Source: Patescibacteria group bacterium (GTDB taxonomy: Bacteria; Patescibacteriota; UBA1384; DATEAH01). Taken from it: a stretch of 64,000 nucleotides of DNA. The notes under the pieces are model-generated. The model ran no database searches and was not told the DNA's origin. It worked only from the letters and a program-made list of their open reading frames with translations. This document shows positions 47,343 to 57,300 of the stretch, one piece after another; the stretch's first letter is position 1, and each line of letters starts with the position of its first letter. Position numbers and translations under genes: made by a program. The stretch lies in NCBI GenBank assembly GCA_035288465.1, contig DATEAH010000009.1:11951-75950 (forward strand), written 5' to 3'.

Positions 47343-48839
47343 ATGAATATTAAAATTGATGAAGTTCTCAAAATTTGTGCCAAATACCAAAGCAAGACAG
47401 ATTTAGAATTAATTAAAAAAGCTTATTTATTTAGTGACCACGCGCATTTTGGGCAAAAACGAAAAAGTGGGGAAGATTATATCCAACATCCTTTACAGCT
47501 GGCAAAAACCTTAGCCGAGCTTGGTTTGGATGCTCCCACAATCGAGGCTGGATTATTACATGATACTGTTGAAGATGCTGGAATAAATTTAACGCAGATT
47601 GAAAAAGAATTTGGCAAAGATGTGGCGGTTTTAGTGGCTGGCGTGACCCGGGTTTCAAAAGTAAGGTTAAAATCAGATTATGTCGAAAATAATTTAAATC
47701 CGCGTGAAAAAAGTCAACTTGAAAACTTACGCAAAATGTTTATCGCCATGTCCGAAGATTTACGTGTCATTTTTATCAAATTGGCAGATAGGCTCCATAA
47801 TATGCGAACTTTGTATGCCTTGCCAGCTTCAAAAGCCACCAGAATCGCCAGGGAAACTTTAGAAATATACGCGCCAATCGCCCATCGACTCGGAATTGGT
47901 GAAATTAAGGGCGAACTCGAAGATTTAGCCTTTCCTTATGTATATCCTGAAGATTATAAAACTGTTAAAAGTTTAGTCGGTGTCAGAAGGCTAGAAAATG
48001 AAATATATGTCGATCTCGTCATTTCTAAAATAAAATCAGAACTCAAAAAACGAGGCATTAAATTTACCAATATAAATGGGCGGGCAAAACACCTGTATAG
48101 CCTTTTTAAAAAACTTAAAAAACATAACCAAAATATGTCTAAAATTTATGATCTCATCGCGATTCGGATAATCTGTAAAACTGTTTCTGATTGTTACGAA
48201 ATTTTAGGCGAGATTCATCAATTTTTCAAACCCTTGCCAGGCTATATTAAAGATTACATTGCCATGCCAAAGCCCAACGGTTACCAAAGTTTGCATACGA
48301 CGGTTTTTGCGCTCAAGGGCCGAATTTGTGAAATTCAAATTAGAACCATTAATATGCACGATCATGCTGAAAAAGGCGTCGCCGCGCATTGGCATTATAC
48401 CAATAATACTGGCGAAAAAAACGAAATTGAAAAAAGGGGGATTTTTGCGCCGAAAAAAGAAATTGCTTGGATTGCTGATTTGGCGCGCTGGCAGGAAAAA
48501 TTAAATAATCCCCAAGAATTCAAAAAAGTCTTAAAAATGGATTTTTTCTCAGATCGAATTTTTGTCTTTACTCCTGAAGGCGATGTCAGAAATTTGCCCC
48601 AAAGCGCCACCCCGATCGATTTTGCCTATTCTGTGCACACGGAAATTGGTGGTACTTGTCGGGGTGCAAAAGTCAATGGGAAAATGGCTTCTCTGGATTA
48701 CAAATTAAAAAATGGTGATATGATTGAAATAATCACCGCTAAAAATTCAACTCCGAGGCCAGATTGGTTAAAATTAGTTAAAACTACGCAAGCTCGCTCA
48801 AAAATTCGAACTTATCTTAAGAACAAAGGCCTAATTTAA
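47343..48839 (+). CDS. rel: RelA/SpoT-family (p)ppGpp synthetase/hydrolase, short form (HD + synthetase + TGS, no ACT)
   Basis: HD motif HPLQLAKTLAE…LLHDTVEDAG; synthetase RAKHLYSLFKK; C-terminal TGS-like GDVRNLPQSATPIDFAYSVHTEIG. Confidence 0.85.
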   Translation: MNIKIDEVLKICAKYQSKTDLELIKKAYLFSDHAHFGQKRKSGEDYIQHPLQLAKTLAELGLDAPTIEAGLLHDTVEDAGINLTQIEKEFGKDVAVLVAGVTRVSKVRLKSDYVENNLNPREKSQLENLRKMFIAMSEDLRVIFIKLADRLHNMRTLYALPASKATRIARETLEIYAPIAHRLGIGEIKGELEDLAFPYVYPEDYKTVKSLVGVRRLENEIYVDLVISKIKSELKKRGIKFTNINGRAKHLYSLFKKLKKHNQNMSKIYDLIAIRIICKTVSDCYEILGEIHQFFKPLPGYIKDYIAMPKPNGYQSLHTTVFALKGRICEIQIRTINMHDHAEKGVAAHWHYTNNTGEKNEIEKRGIFAPKKEIAWIADLARWQEKLNNPQEFKKVLKMDFFSDRIFVFTPEGDVRNLPQSATPIDFAYSVHTEIGGTCRGAKVNGKMASLDYKLKNGDMIEIITAKNSTPRPDWLKLVKTTQARSKIRTYLKNKGLI

Positions 48840-48934
48840 AAATTTTAGACTTGATTTCAGATAAAAAAACGTTTAAAATAAGGCTAAATGAATTAAATTT
48901 TATTTATTTTAATTAATTAGGAAAGCGAGGCATT

Positions 48935-50236
48935 ATGCTCTTTCAAGCCCCCAGAGGCTGCAAAGACATTCTTCCTGATGATCAAAAGTACTATCAATTT
49001 ATTGAGCGAACTCTAGACAAGCAAGCAGAGATTAATGGCTATGAAAAAATTGAGACGCCGTTATTTGAATATGAATCGTTATACAAAAAAGGCACTGGCG
49101 AAGGCTCAGAGATTGTTCAAAAAGAAATGTATGAAGTCAAAAGGTTGATTAAAGATGAAAACGAAGATAAAGCCGAAAAAGAACGTTTAATTTTGCGACC
49201 TGAATATACACCAGGAGTAATTAGGGCTTTTATTGAGCATGGCATGAAAAACTTACCACAGCCTGTTCAATTATATTATTTTGGACCGGTTTTTAGGTAC
49301 AATCGGCCTCAAAAAGGGCGACTCAGGCAATTTTATCAATTTGGTTTTGAACAAATTGGTGCGGCCGATCCAGCTACTGATGCGCGCATGATTTCTTTAA
49401 TGCACTCATTGGCAAAAGCTTTACGCTTAGAAGAAGTGGTCATTTTAATCAATAGTATTGGTTGCAGTACTTGTCGGCCGAATTTGAAAGATTATTTAAA
49501 AGATTTTTTCAGCAAGAAAAAAGCCGCTCTCTGCGAAGATTGCAAGTCTCGGCTTGAACAAAATCCTTTTCGAATTTTAGACTGTAAAAATGAAACCTGC
49601 CAAAAAATTGGCAAAACTACCCCACCGATTATTGACCATCTTTGTGAAGCCTGCAAAGATCATTTTAAACAAGTTTTAGAATTTTTAGATGAATCTGAAA
49701 TCCCTTATGATTTGGAACCGACCTTAGTTCGAGGTTTGGATTATTATGCTCGGACAGTTTTTGAAATGGTGATGAAATCAGACAATAAGCGACAAAATTC
49801 CTTGGCTGGTGGGGGAAGATATGACGATTTAATCCAAATCTATGGCGAAAGACCCACTCCTGCGATTGGGGTGGCTTTTGGTGTCGAAAGAATCATTGAA
49901 TTATTAAAAGAACGCCATATTAAGCTCGAAGAAGCCGAAAAGCCCCAAATTTTTATTGCTCAATTAGGCGAAAAAGCCAAGAAAAAAGCGATCGCAATTT
50001 TGGAAATTTTACAGCATGAAAATATAATCGCTCGTGCCGCTTTGTCAAAAAATACTCTCAAATCTCAGCTCAGAGTCGCGGATCAACTTGAAGTGCCTAT
50101 TACTGTCATTATTGGTCAGCGTGAAGTGATGGATGGCACCGCCATTATTCGCGACATGCGCGAAGGTGTTCAAGAAATTGTCGAACAAGAAGAGATTTTA
50201 GATCGTCTCAAGCGTAAATTAGAACTAAAAAAATAA
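48935..50236 (+). CDS. hisS: histidine--tRNA ligase with a 4xCxxC zinc-ribbon-like insertion
   Basis: Class II motifs LRPEYTPGVIRAF, FRYNRPQKGRLRQFYQFGFE; insertion CSTC…CEDC…CKNETC…CEAC; C-terminal anticodon-binding domain. Confidence 0.85.
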   Translation: MLFQAPRGCKDILPDDQKYYQFIERTLDKQAEINGYEKIETPLFEYESLYKKGTGEGSEIVQKEMYEVKRLIKDENEDKAEKERLILRPEYTPGVIRAFIEHGMKNLPQPVQLYYFGPVFRYNRPQKGRLRQFYQFGFEQIGAADPATDARMISLMHSLAKALRLEEVVILINSIGCSTCRPNLKDYLKDFFSKKKAALCEDCKSRLEQNPFRILDCKNETCQKIGKTTPPIIDHLCEACKDHFKQVLEFLDESEIPYDLEPTLVRGLDYYARTVFEMVMKSDNKRQNSLAGGGRYDDLIQIYGERPTPAIGVAFGVERIIELLKERHIKLEEAEKPQIFIAQLGEKAKKKAIAILEILQHENIIARAALSKNTLKSQLRVADQLEVPITVIIGQREVMDGTAIIRDMREGVQEIVEQEEILDRLKRKLELKK

Positions 50237-50251
50237 TATTCTGGAGGGAAA

Positions 50252-51133
50252 TTGTCCTCAAAAGTCGGCATTTCAAGAGGCTCAAATCGTCAGGACAATA
50301 TTCTGGCGGCCTTAAAGCCTTTGGCTGATGATTTGCGCGAAAAAATCGCTCGCAAAAGACGAGTTGTCATAAAGCCTAATTTAGGTTTTATTAAACATAA
50401 TTTAGCTAACACACAAGCGGAAGCCGTGGAAGCTGTTTTAATGTTTTTACGCCAGTTTTATTCTAAAAAAATCATAATTGCGGAAAGTACTACCGTGGGA
50501 GAAACCGATCGAGCCTATTTTGAATATGATTATGAAGATTTAGCCGACAAATACAATGTGGAACTCCGCGATTTAAATGATGATGATTTTGTCGATTTTA
50601 AAATTTATGATGGCAGATTATCGCCAAAATCAGAAATTGGTTTGGCTAAAACCTTAGCAAAATCAGATTTTATTATTTCTGTATGCCCGATGAAAACACA
50701 CGATTCGGTGATTGTCACTTTGGGAATTAAAAATGTCGCGGTTGGTGCGATTAGGCGAAAAGATCGGTCTAAATTGCATGCCGGTCCCAAAGCGATTAAT
50801 TTATCAATCGCTAAAATTGCCAAAAAAGTTTGGCCAAGCCTATCTGTTTTAGATGGTTTTTGGGGAATGGAGGGGAATGGGCCAGTTGAGGGCGAAAAAG
50901 TTGAATTTAAAACCGCCATAGCAAGTCTTGATGCCATGGCCGCTGATGTGATGGGCACGATTTTAATGGGTTATAATCCGCAAGAAATTGGTTATTTATC
51001 AGAATTAGCAAATCAAAAAATGGGCACTGCTGACCCATTAAAAATGATTATAATGGGGGGAAATTGGCGAACGATGGTGAGAAAATTTAAACCCCACGAA
51101 TCATATCAGCAACAACTCAAGTGGCAAACTTAA
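50252..51133 (+). CDS. DUF362-like protein
   Basis: N-terminal VVIKPNLGF…AESTT pattern reminiscent of DUF362. Confidence 0.5.
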   Translation: MSSKVGISRGSNRQDNILAALKPLADDLREKIARKRRVVIKPNLGFIKHNLANTQAEAVEAVLMFLRQFYSKKIIIAESTTVGETDRAYFEYDYEDLADKYNVELRDLNDDDFVDFKIYDGRLSPKSEIGLAKTLAKSDFIISVCPMKTHDSVIVTLGIKNVAVGAIRRKDRSKLHAGPKAINLSIAKIAKKVWPSLSVLDGFWGMEGNGPVEGEKVEFKTAIASLDAMAADVMGTILMGYNPQEIGYLSELANQKMGTADPLKMIIMGGNWRTMVRKFKPHESYQQQLKWQT

Positions 51134-52137
51134 CACGTTTTATTAAGTTCTAAATAGGCGAGCGTCCAATACGAAGAAATAAAAGCATTTGTAGGACCTG
51201 AAATCACGGCCATCACTAACAGTAAGAGCACAAAAGCACAAATTGCGTAGATGATAGTTGCGGTAGTGCCAAAAATAAAATATAACGCCACCCCAATCCC
51301 GGCAAATAATCCGCCAATTATCAAAAAGCAAATTCCAATTATTATCCCCACAATTAAGCCCAAGATAACAGAAATTAGCCAAATTAGGCTAGTTTCTTTT
51401 AGTTTAACCCGAATTGCTCCAAAAGCTTTACCAAGCGCCTCGGAAGCTGATATTTTATCAATCACGATCATTCGTAGGCCGTATTGTCGAATAATATCCA
51501 AAATAATCATCGCTAAAATCATTGGCAAAATGACAATTACCATCCAAATAATACCAATCGCATAAATATTTACTATAAACGAGAAAATTACCGGTAAACC
51601 TACCAAAAAAATTAAAGCCAGCCCCATTAAAGCTAAAAATAAATCTAAAAATATTACTTGCCAAAAAACATGGTAACCTTTTTTTATGCAACTCGCAAAA
51701 TCACTTTTGTGGTCGTGCTCTATTTCTTTTACGCCCCAAACCAAACCAGCCTGAGCCACGCGCGAAATGACTATAACCGCGATCGTAATTAAAATAATTA
51801 TTGCCAAAATAATAATAATCGTTAACCAATGCGCTTCAAGCCAATTGCTGATCCCTGTTAAGGTATCAGTATTATTTAGGCTAATTTTATTGCCTAAAAC
51901 ACGCTCTTTTATGTTTTGCGCCGTGGTAGTGGGATATGTGGGCGCGGTATTGCCATTGTTTTCCCAGATTTTTTTAAATTCATTATAATCTGCAGAGCTA
52001 AAATTACCGAAATTAAAATTCGAGCCAGATTGAGTCAAAGCCGCCAAAATTCCCAAGATCCACAAAAATTTGTTTTTGGTAGTAATTAGAAATGCTTTTT
52101 TAACAATTCCAAAATAGTTCAAAATAATTCCTTTCAA
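51130..52137 (-). CDS. hypothetical polytopic membrane protein
   Basis: Multiple long hydrophobic helices; no motif recognised. Confidence 0.4.
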   Translation of the reverse strand: MKGIILNYFGIVKKAFLITTKNKFLWILGILAALTQSGSNFNFGNFSSADYNEFKKIWENNGNTAPTYPTTTAQNIKERVLGNKISLNNTDTLTGISNWLEAHWLTIIIILAIIILITIAVIVISRVAQAGLVWGVKEIEHDHKSDFASCIKKGYHVFWQVIFLDLFLALMGLALIFLVGLPVIFSFIVNIYAIGIIWMVIVILPMILAMIILDIIRQYGLRMIVIDKISASEALGKAFGAIRVKLKETSLIWLISVILGLIVGIIIGICFLIIGGLFAGIGVALYFIFGTTATIIYAICAFVLLLLVMAVISGPTNAFISSYWTLAYLELNKTC

Positions 52138-52340
52138 CTATATTATAACAGATTTGTCAAATTATTATAATTTAAAACAATGATTGTTCAAAAAAGTCAA
52201 TTCTTGACAAGATTTGTCATAGGATTATACTAAAAATAGATGTATAACATTGTGTATAACTTTTAATTTTGATAATTTAGTCGGCGAGTTTAAGGTTGCC
52301 CCTCCTTCTTAAACTCGCCCATAGAATTATCAAAGTAAAT

Positions 52341-52465
52341 CAAATCCGAAGCACTAAATCCGAAACAATTTCTAAATCACAAAATCGCAAATCATAAACG
52401 AGTTTAGAATTTGAAAAATTAGAATTTAAAATTTGTTTAGAAATTAGATATTAGAAATTATGATT
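52341..52465. repeat. AT-rich palindromic dispersed repeat, copy 4 (AAATCCGAAGCACTAAATCCGAAACAATTTCTAAATC … AAATTTGTTTAGAAATTAGATATTAGAAATT)
   Basis: Same arm family; immediately upstream of lexA. Confidence 0.5.
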
Positions 52466-52497
52466 TCTCCGTCAAAAGAGGGCAAAGGAGGTTTAAA

Positions 52498-53118
52498 ATG
52501 CCCAAAACCATTACTAAAAATCAAAAGAAAATTTTAGAACTAATTCGTTTGGCCCTCGAAGAGTATGGTGAAGCGCCGACCATCCGAGAATTAATGATGG
52601 AAATTGGCGCCAAATCGCCCAGAACCATTTCTCATCACATTGAGCAATTGGAAAAATCAGGTCTGATCAAAAGAACTGGCGAAGCGAAAAGAAATATTAT
52701 TCTCACCAAAAATGATCCCAAAAATCCTTTTCGAGATTTAGTGCGAGTGCCCTTGGTTGGTTGGACTGCTGGTGGGGAAGCGATTTTTTCTGAAGAAAAT
52801 ATTTTAGATTGGATTTCGATTTCCACGAGATTTTTTAAAGCCCCCTCAAACGATGTTTTTCTGCTCAAAGTACGAGGCAATTCAATGAGCCCAAAAATTG
52901 ATGATGGCGATATTGTGATTGTTAAAAAACAATATACCGCTGAGCCAGGTCAAACCATTGTCGCTCTTTTAGGTGCGGAAACGACCGTCAAAAAGTATTT
53001 ACCCCGCGAAGACCATATTGTTTTACAGCCAATCAATGAAAATTTTGAGCCAATTGTAGTTTTCCCCGATGAACTCAGAATTCAAGGCGTAATCCAAGGC
53101 GTGCTTAAATATTGTTGA
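52498..53118 (+). CDS. lexA: LexA repressor (S24 autopeptidase)
   Basis: N-terminal wHTH, catalytic GNSM Ser and VKK Lys, cleavage-region VGWTAGG; AAAGGAGG RBS. Confidence 0.8.
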   Translation: MPKTITKNQKKILELIRLALEEYGEAPTIRELMMEIGAKSPRTISHHIEQLEKSGLIKRTGEAKRNIILTKNDPKNPFRDLVRVPLVGWTAGGEAIFSEENILDWISISTRFFKAPSNDVFLLKVRGNSMSPKIDDGDIVIVKKQYTAEPGQTIVALLGAETTVKKYLPREDHIVLQPINENFEPIVVFPDELRIQGVIQGVLKYC

Positions 53119-53176
53119 AAACTATGCTTGCAAACTTTATTAAATTATATATTATAATAGGTATAGGGACTAATAA

Positions 53177-53407
53177 TTGATTCGAAGTATAAAGGTATTA
53201 ATGATTGTTATTATTAGGATCATCATTGTCAGTGCTGTAATCTTTGCTGTTTTGGGTTTTTTATTCTCCATTTTTCAGTGGCTACCTCATTTTCCAGGAG
53301 ATACCTTTTATACTCGTGAAAATTTTACCTTTTATTTTCCGGTTATTACCTGCGCGGTTATATCAATTTGCGCCGCCGCCATTTTGTGGTTAACCAAAAA
53401 AATATAA
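53177..53407 (+). CDS. small hypothetical membrane protein
   Basis: 76 aa, two TM helices. Confidence 0.3.
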   Translation: MIRSIKVLMIVIIRIIIVSAVIFAVLGFLFSIFQWLPHFPGDTFYTRENFTFYFPVITCAVISICAAAILWLTKKI

Positions 53408-53420
53408 ATTTGAGGTCATT

Positions 53421-54065
53421 GTGTTTCCATTATCATTTATCCTGCTATTAATCCTCGCTATCCCGTTCCTTTTTTTGGTGTTAAATTATCATATTTCTGA
53501 ATTAGCTTTTGTCAAATTGGGAATTCCCGCCAATCTTATTTTTGCCGTTTTTATCCTTTCATTACTGGGCGGTTTAATTAATATTCCGATTTCAAAACGA
53601 AAAATTACCCAAAAAGATGAATTACCACCCTTAATGTCAATGTTTTTTTATTATCCACCACGAATGAGAGAGCAAATCATTGCCATAAATGTCGGCGGCG
53701 CCATTGTCCCGATTTTAATTTCAATTTATTTATTCAAATTTGCCCCAATTGTGCCAGTCATAATTGCCACCACTATTATTACGATTTTAACCAAATTTTT
53801 AGCCAGGCCAGTTCCAGGAATTGGGATCGCCATGCCCGCGTTTATCCCGCCGATTGTGGCAGCGGTTTTAGCGATGTTGCTCGCCCATAATCAAAATCCG
53901 GCCGCCGTGGCCTATATCTCTGGAGTGATCGGAACCTTGGTGGGTGCAGATTTGCTAAACTTAAATAAAATTAGCAAAATGGGCGGCTATGTCCTTTCCA
54001 TTGGTGGCGCCGGTGTTTTTGATGGAATTTTCTTAATTGGCGTTATCGCCGCATTATTAGCTTAA
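53421..54065 (+). CDS. hypothetical polytopic membrane protein
   Basis: 214 aa, ~6 TM helices, Gly/Ala-rich helices. Confidence 0.4.
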   Translation: MFPLSFILLLILAIPFLFLVLNYHISELAFVKLGIPANLIFAVFILSLLGGLINIPISKRKITQKDELPPLMSMFFYYPPRMREQIIAINVGGAIVPILISIYLFKFAPIVPVIIATTIITILTKFLARPVPGIGIAMPAFIPPIVAAVLAMLLAHNQNPAAVAYISGVIGTLVGADLLNLNKISKMGGYVLSIGGAGVFDGIFLIGVIAALLA

Positions 54066-54090
54066 ATTAATAATTATATAAGGAGGTAGA

Positions 54091-54251
54091 TGAAAAAGAA
54101 ACAAATTGCGGGAGTTTTGGTTGTTTTGTCTGGATTAGCCATCATTTTAGCTTTCATTGGTTCACTAAATTATGATTTATGGTTAGCTTCAACTCAATGG
54201 TTGCTGATTGGTATTGCCTTGGCTGCTTACGGTATTTACGCCAAGTTATAA
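54091..54251 (+). CDS. small hypothetical membrane protein (53 aa, below ORF-track cutoff)
   Basis: AAGGAGG RBS 6 nt before ATG; two TM helices. Confidence 0.3.
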
Positions 54252-54328
54252 AGGCTGAGTTTATAATGTAGAATTTATCTGCTGAATTCCAATTATTTCA
54301 TGAATTAAAAAGAGAGGGAGGGGTTATA

Positions 54329-57300
54329 ATGCCCTTTGAGATTCAACCAAGTTTTATCTTGATAATTTTGGCATTTTTAGGTATTTTTGTTTTTTGGTAT
54401 CCAAAAACAAGAGTTCTAATTATAAAATATTCTAAATTATTTTGGAAAATTATCTTAATTTGTCTAAATAATCTTTCAAAATTGTATAAAATAATAAGTA
54501 TTTATTGGGAAAAATACATTTTTGTCTATTTCCGAACACGAGAAAAAGAGCAAATCCGTGGACTGACAAAAATTGCAATTATTCTCATTATTTTTTCCTT
54601 TATTCTCAATTCATTTGGCCTTGAACCCGACAGTCCCCAAAAAGCAGTCGCCGGCTATCAATGGACGCCTTCGGGGGGAAGTGTTATTACCGGGAGTGAA
54701 TATAATACCCAAGATGCAATTGCCAACACGCCTTCATATCGGGCATTAATGTCTAGCGATGATGTCCGCTGGCTGACAAAATATGATCCTGCCGCAGGTT
54801 TAGATAAACGGACCTATATTGATGGGGTTCAGCTTCAGGGCGCTAACAAAATGTTTATCACTTATGAAGGTTACGCCAGTGATGCCGCCGGAAATTATAC
54901 GGTTGAGATTTATGATAACACTGATTTTGTTTGGCGGACTTTAAATTGGCGCGGCACTGCTTTTACTAATACCAGTGACTCAACTTATACTTTTGAAATC
55001 TATAATGGTTTTTGGCAATCAGGCGGAAATCCGGTTAATACGCCCTTGTCTCGTTTTGTGACCGGAGATGCCAATAAGAGAGTCTCTATTCGAGTTTATT
55101 CGGCCGTAACTGGCGGCAGAATTCATTATTGGGACCGGCTGCAAGTTGAAGTTGGCATTGATCCGGTTTATTACACAAACTCTTTAACTAAATTAAATGG
55201 CTGGACAGGGGCAATTACCAATGATTATACCTGGACTAATTATGCCGATGACCAAAGAATGGTTGCCGCAAATCAAGCCGGAACGCCTTTGGATTTTTAT
55301 CTTTCATACACCGGAATCCAAACATACCCTAGCGCTAATACTATCTTTGTTGATTTTCAAGGCTCAGTTTCAAACGCGGCCCTAACTTATCAGCTTCAAA
55401 TTTATAATTTTACCGGTTTAAGCTGGGAAAATTTAAACACCACCCTGCTTGCCAATACTACTGAAACAAGTTATTATTTTGCTAAAAATAATGTCACACT
55501 TGCAGATTATATTTCTGCTAATGAAGCCAGAATTAGGATTTATACCGCTACTGGCAATACCTACACCTTAAGCGCAGACCGGGTTTATATCACTGTCGGC
55601 TCAACTAATACTGACCAAGGTTTGTGTCAGGTTTCTTTTGGCACAGAAGCTGGCGGGACAAATTGTTCAAATACTCGAACGATTGATACTTCAAGCGCCG
55701 AGAGTACTTGGCAGCAGACCACAGCGACTACCGCCGCCGCTGGTTATTACCCGGGAGATTACGCTGGAACCTGGGGAACTAATTATTCGGCGTCTGCTAA
55801 TCTTTCGGTGCCAATTACCATTCCAGACAGTACCGCGGTGACTGGGATTAAATACACGGCTAGATTTCGTTCAAATGTGACCACCAACACGATGATGCCA
55901 AGCCTAAAAGATATGTCTGGGATTAATACCTCTGTGGTCGGGACAGGCTATGCCGCACCCGGGGGTTGGGTTGATGTTTCAGCTTCAAATGCATTAACGA
56001 CTTATTCCACTTTAGAACCAGCCGCTTATACTCTTTCAACTTCATCAGAAGATTTTATTAATACTGAAAGCGATCTTGCGAATATACGCATGCGAACCTC
56101 AGCCAGCACTGCTACCGGAAGCGTAACGAGGGACTGGGATTTTGCTTTAATTGCGATTCGATGGCTTGCTGATGACACTGTCGCGGCCGATAATCCCCAA
56201 TATGTAGCCACATCTGGGTCTCTCCAAACCGGGACAGCGGTTGCAGTTGGCGCGACAAATACCGCATCATATTCCGGCACATTAAATTCTGAAAATTATT
56301 ACTGGCAAAACCAAAATTCAGCTTCTGGTTTGGATGTTCGGGTCAACATCGATGGTGTTAAACTCAACAATGCCAACAAAATGATTATTACTTATGAAGG
56401 CATGGTTTCAAACGCGGCTTTAGTATATTATGTGCAAATCTATGATAATACCAACTCTTTATGGCGAACCTTAAATGACCGAGGAGCAGCCCTCACCAGT
56501 ATTACGGAATCAAGCTATTATTTCTCGATCTTTAATGGTTTCTGGGGAGCAGACACTCCCTTATCAAACTTTATCACCAGTGATGCCAACAAACGGGTTC
56601 AACTAAGAATCTATTCTGAATATAAGGGTACTGCCTATACTCAATCTATAGACCGACTTCAACTTGAAGTAGCCACTGACCCAATTTACTGGGCTAAAGA
56701 CCAGACAGTTTTAGCGGGTGGAGATGGGGCAGTGACTAGTACCGGAACTAATGCCAGAGCCTTTGATATTACTAAAGATTCCTCTTATACGTATGCAGTA
56801 GGATATTGCGGAAATGATTGGTGCATAGAAAAAAGAAGAATTTCTGACGGAAGTTTAGTCAATGATTTTGGCAATAATGGTTTGGTTATTGGTACAATAT
56901 CGAGCAATAATGCGACTGCGCTTGCGATTGACGCAACTTATATGTATATTGTCGGGAATACTGGTGGATTTCCAAGTAATTTTTATTACGAAAAAAGAAA
57001 CCTTATTGATGGTAATCTAGATTTAGGTTTTGGGACTAACGGTGTTATTACCGGTGATCCCGATAGTAATATGGCTACAAGTATTGTCATTGATAATAGT
57101 AATATGTATGTGATTGGATACGACGATTCAAATAATTTACGCATTGAAAAAAGATCATTAACTAATGGCACATTAGATGCAGGTTTTGGTACCAATGGTG
57201 TGATCACTGGCGATCCATCAAGCAATATCGCTGAAGATATAGCCATAGATAATGAGTTTATGTATGTGGTAGGAGCTGATGACACTCCGGACTGGCGAAT

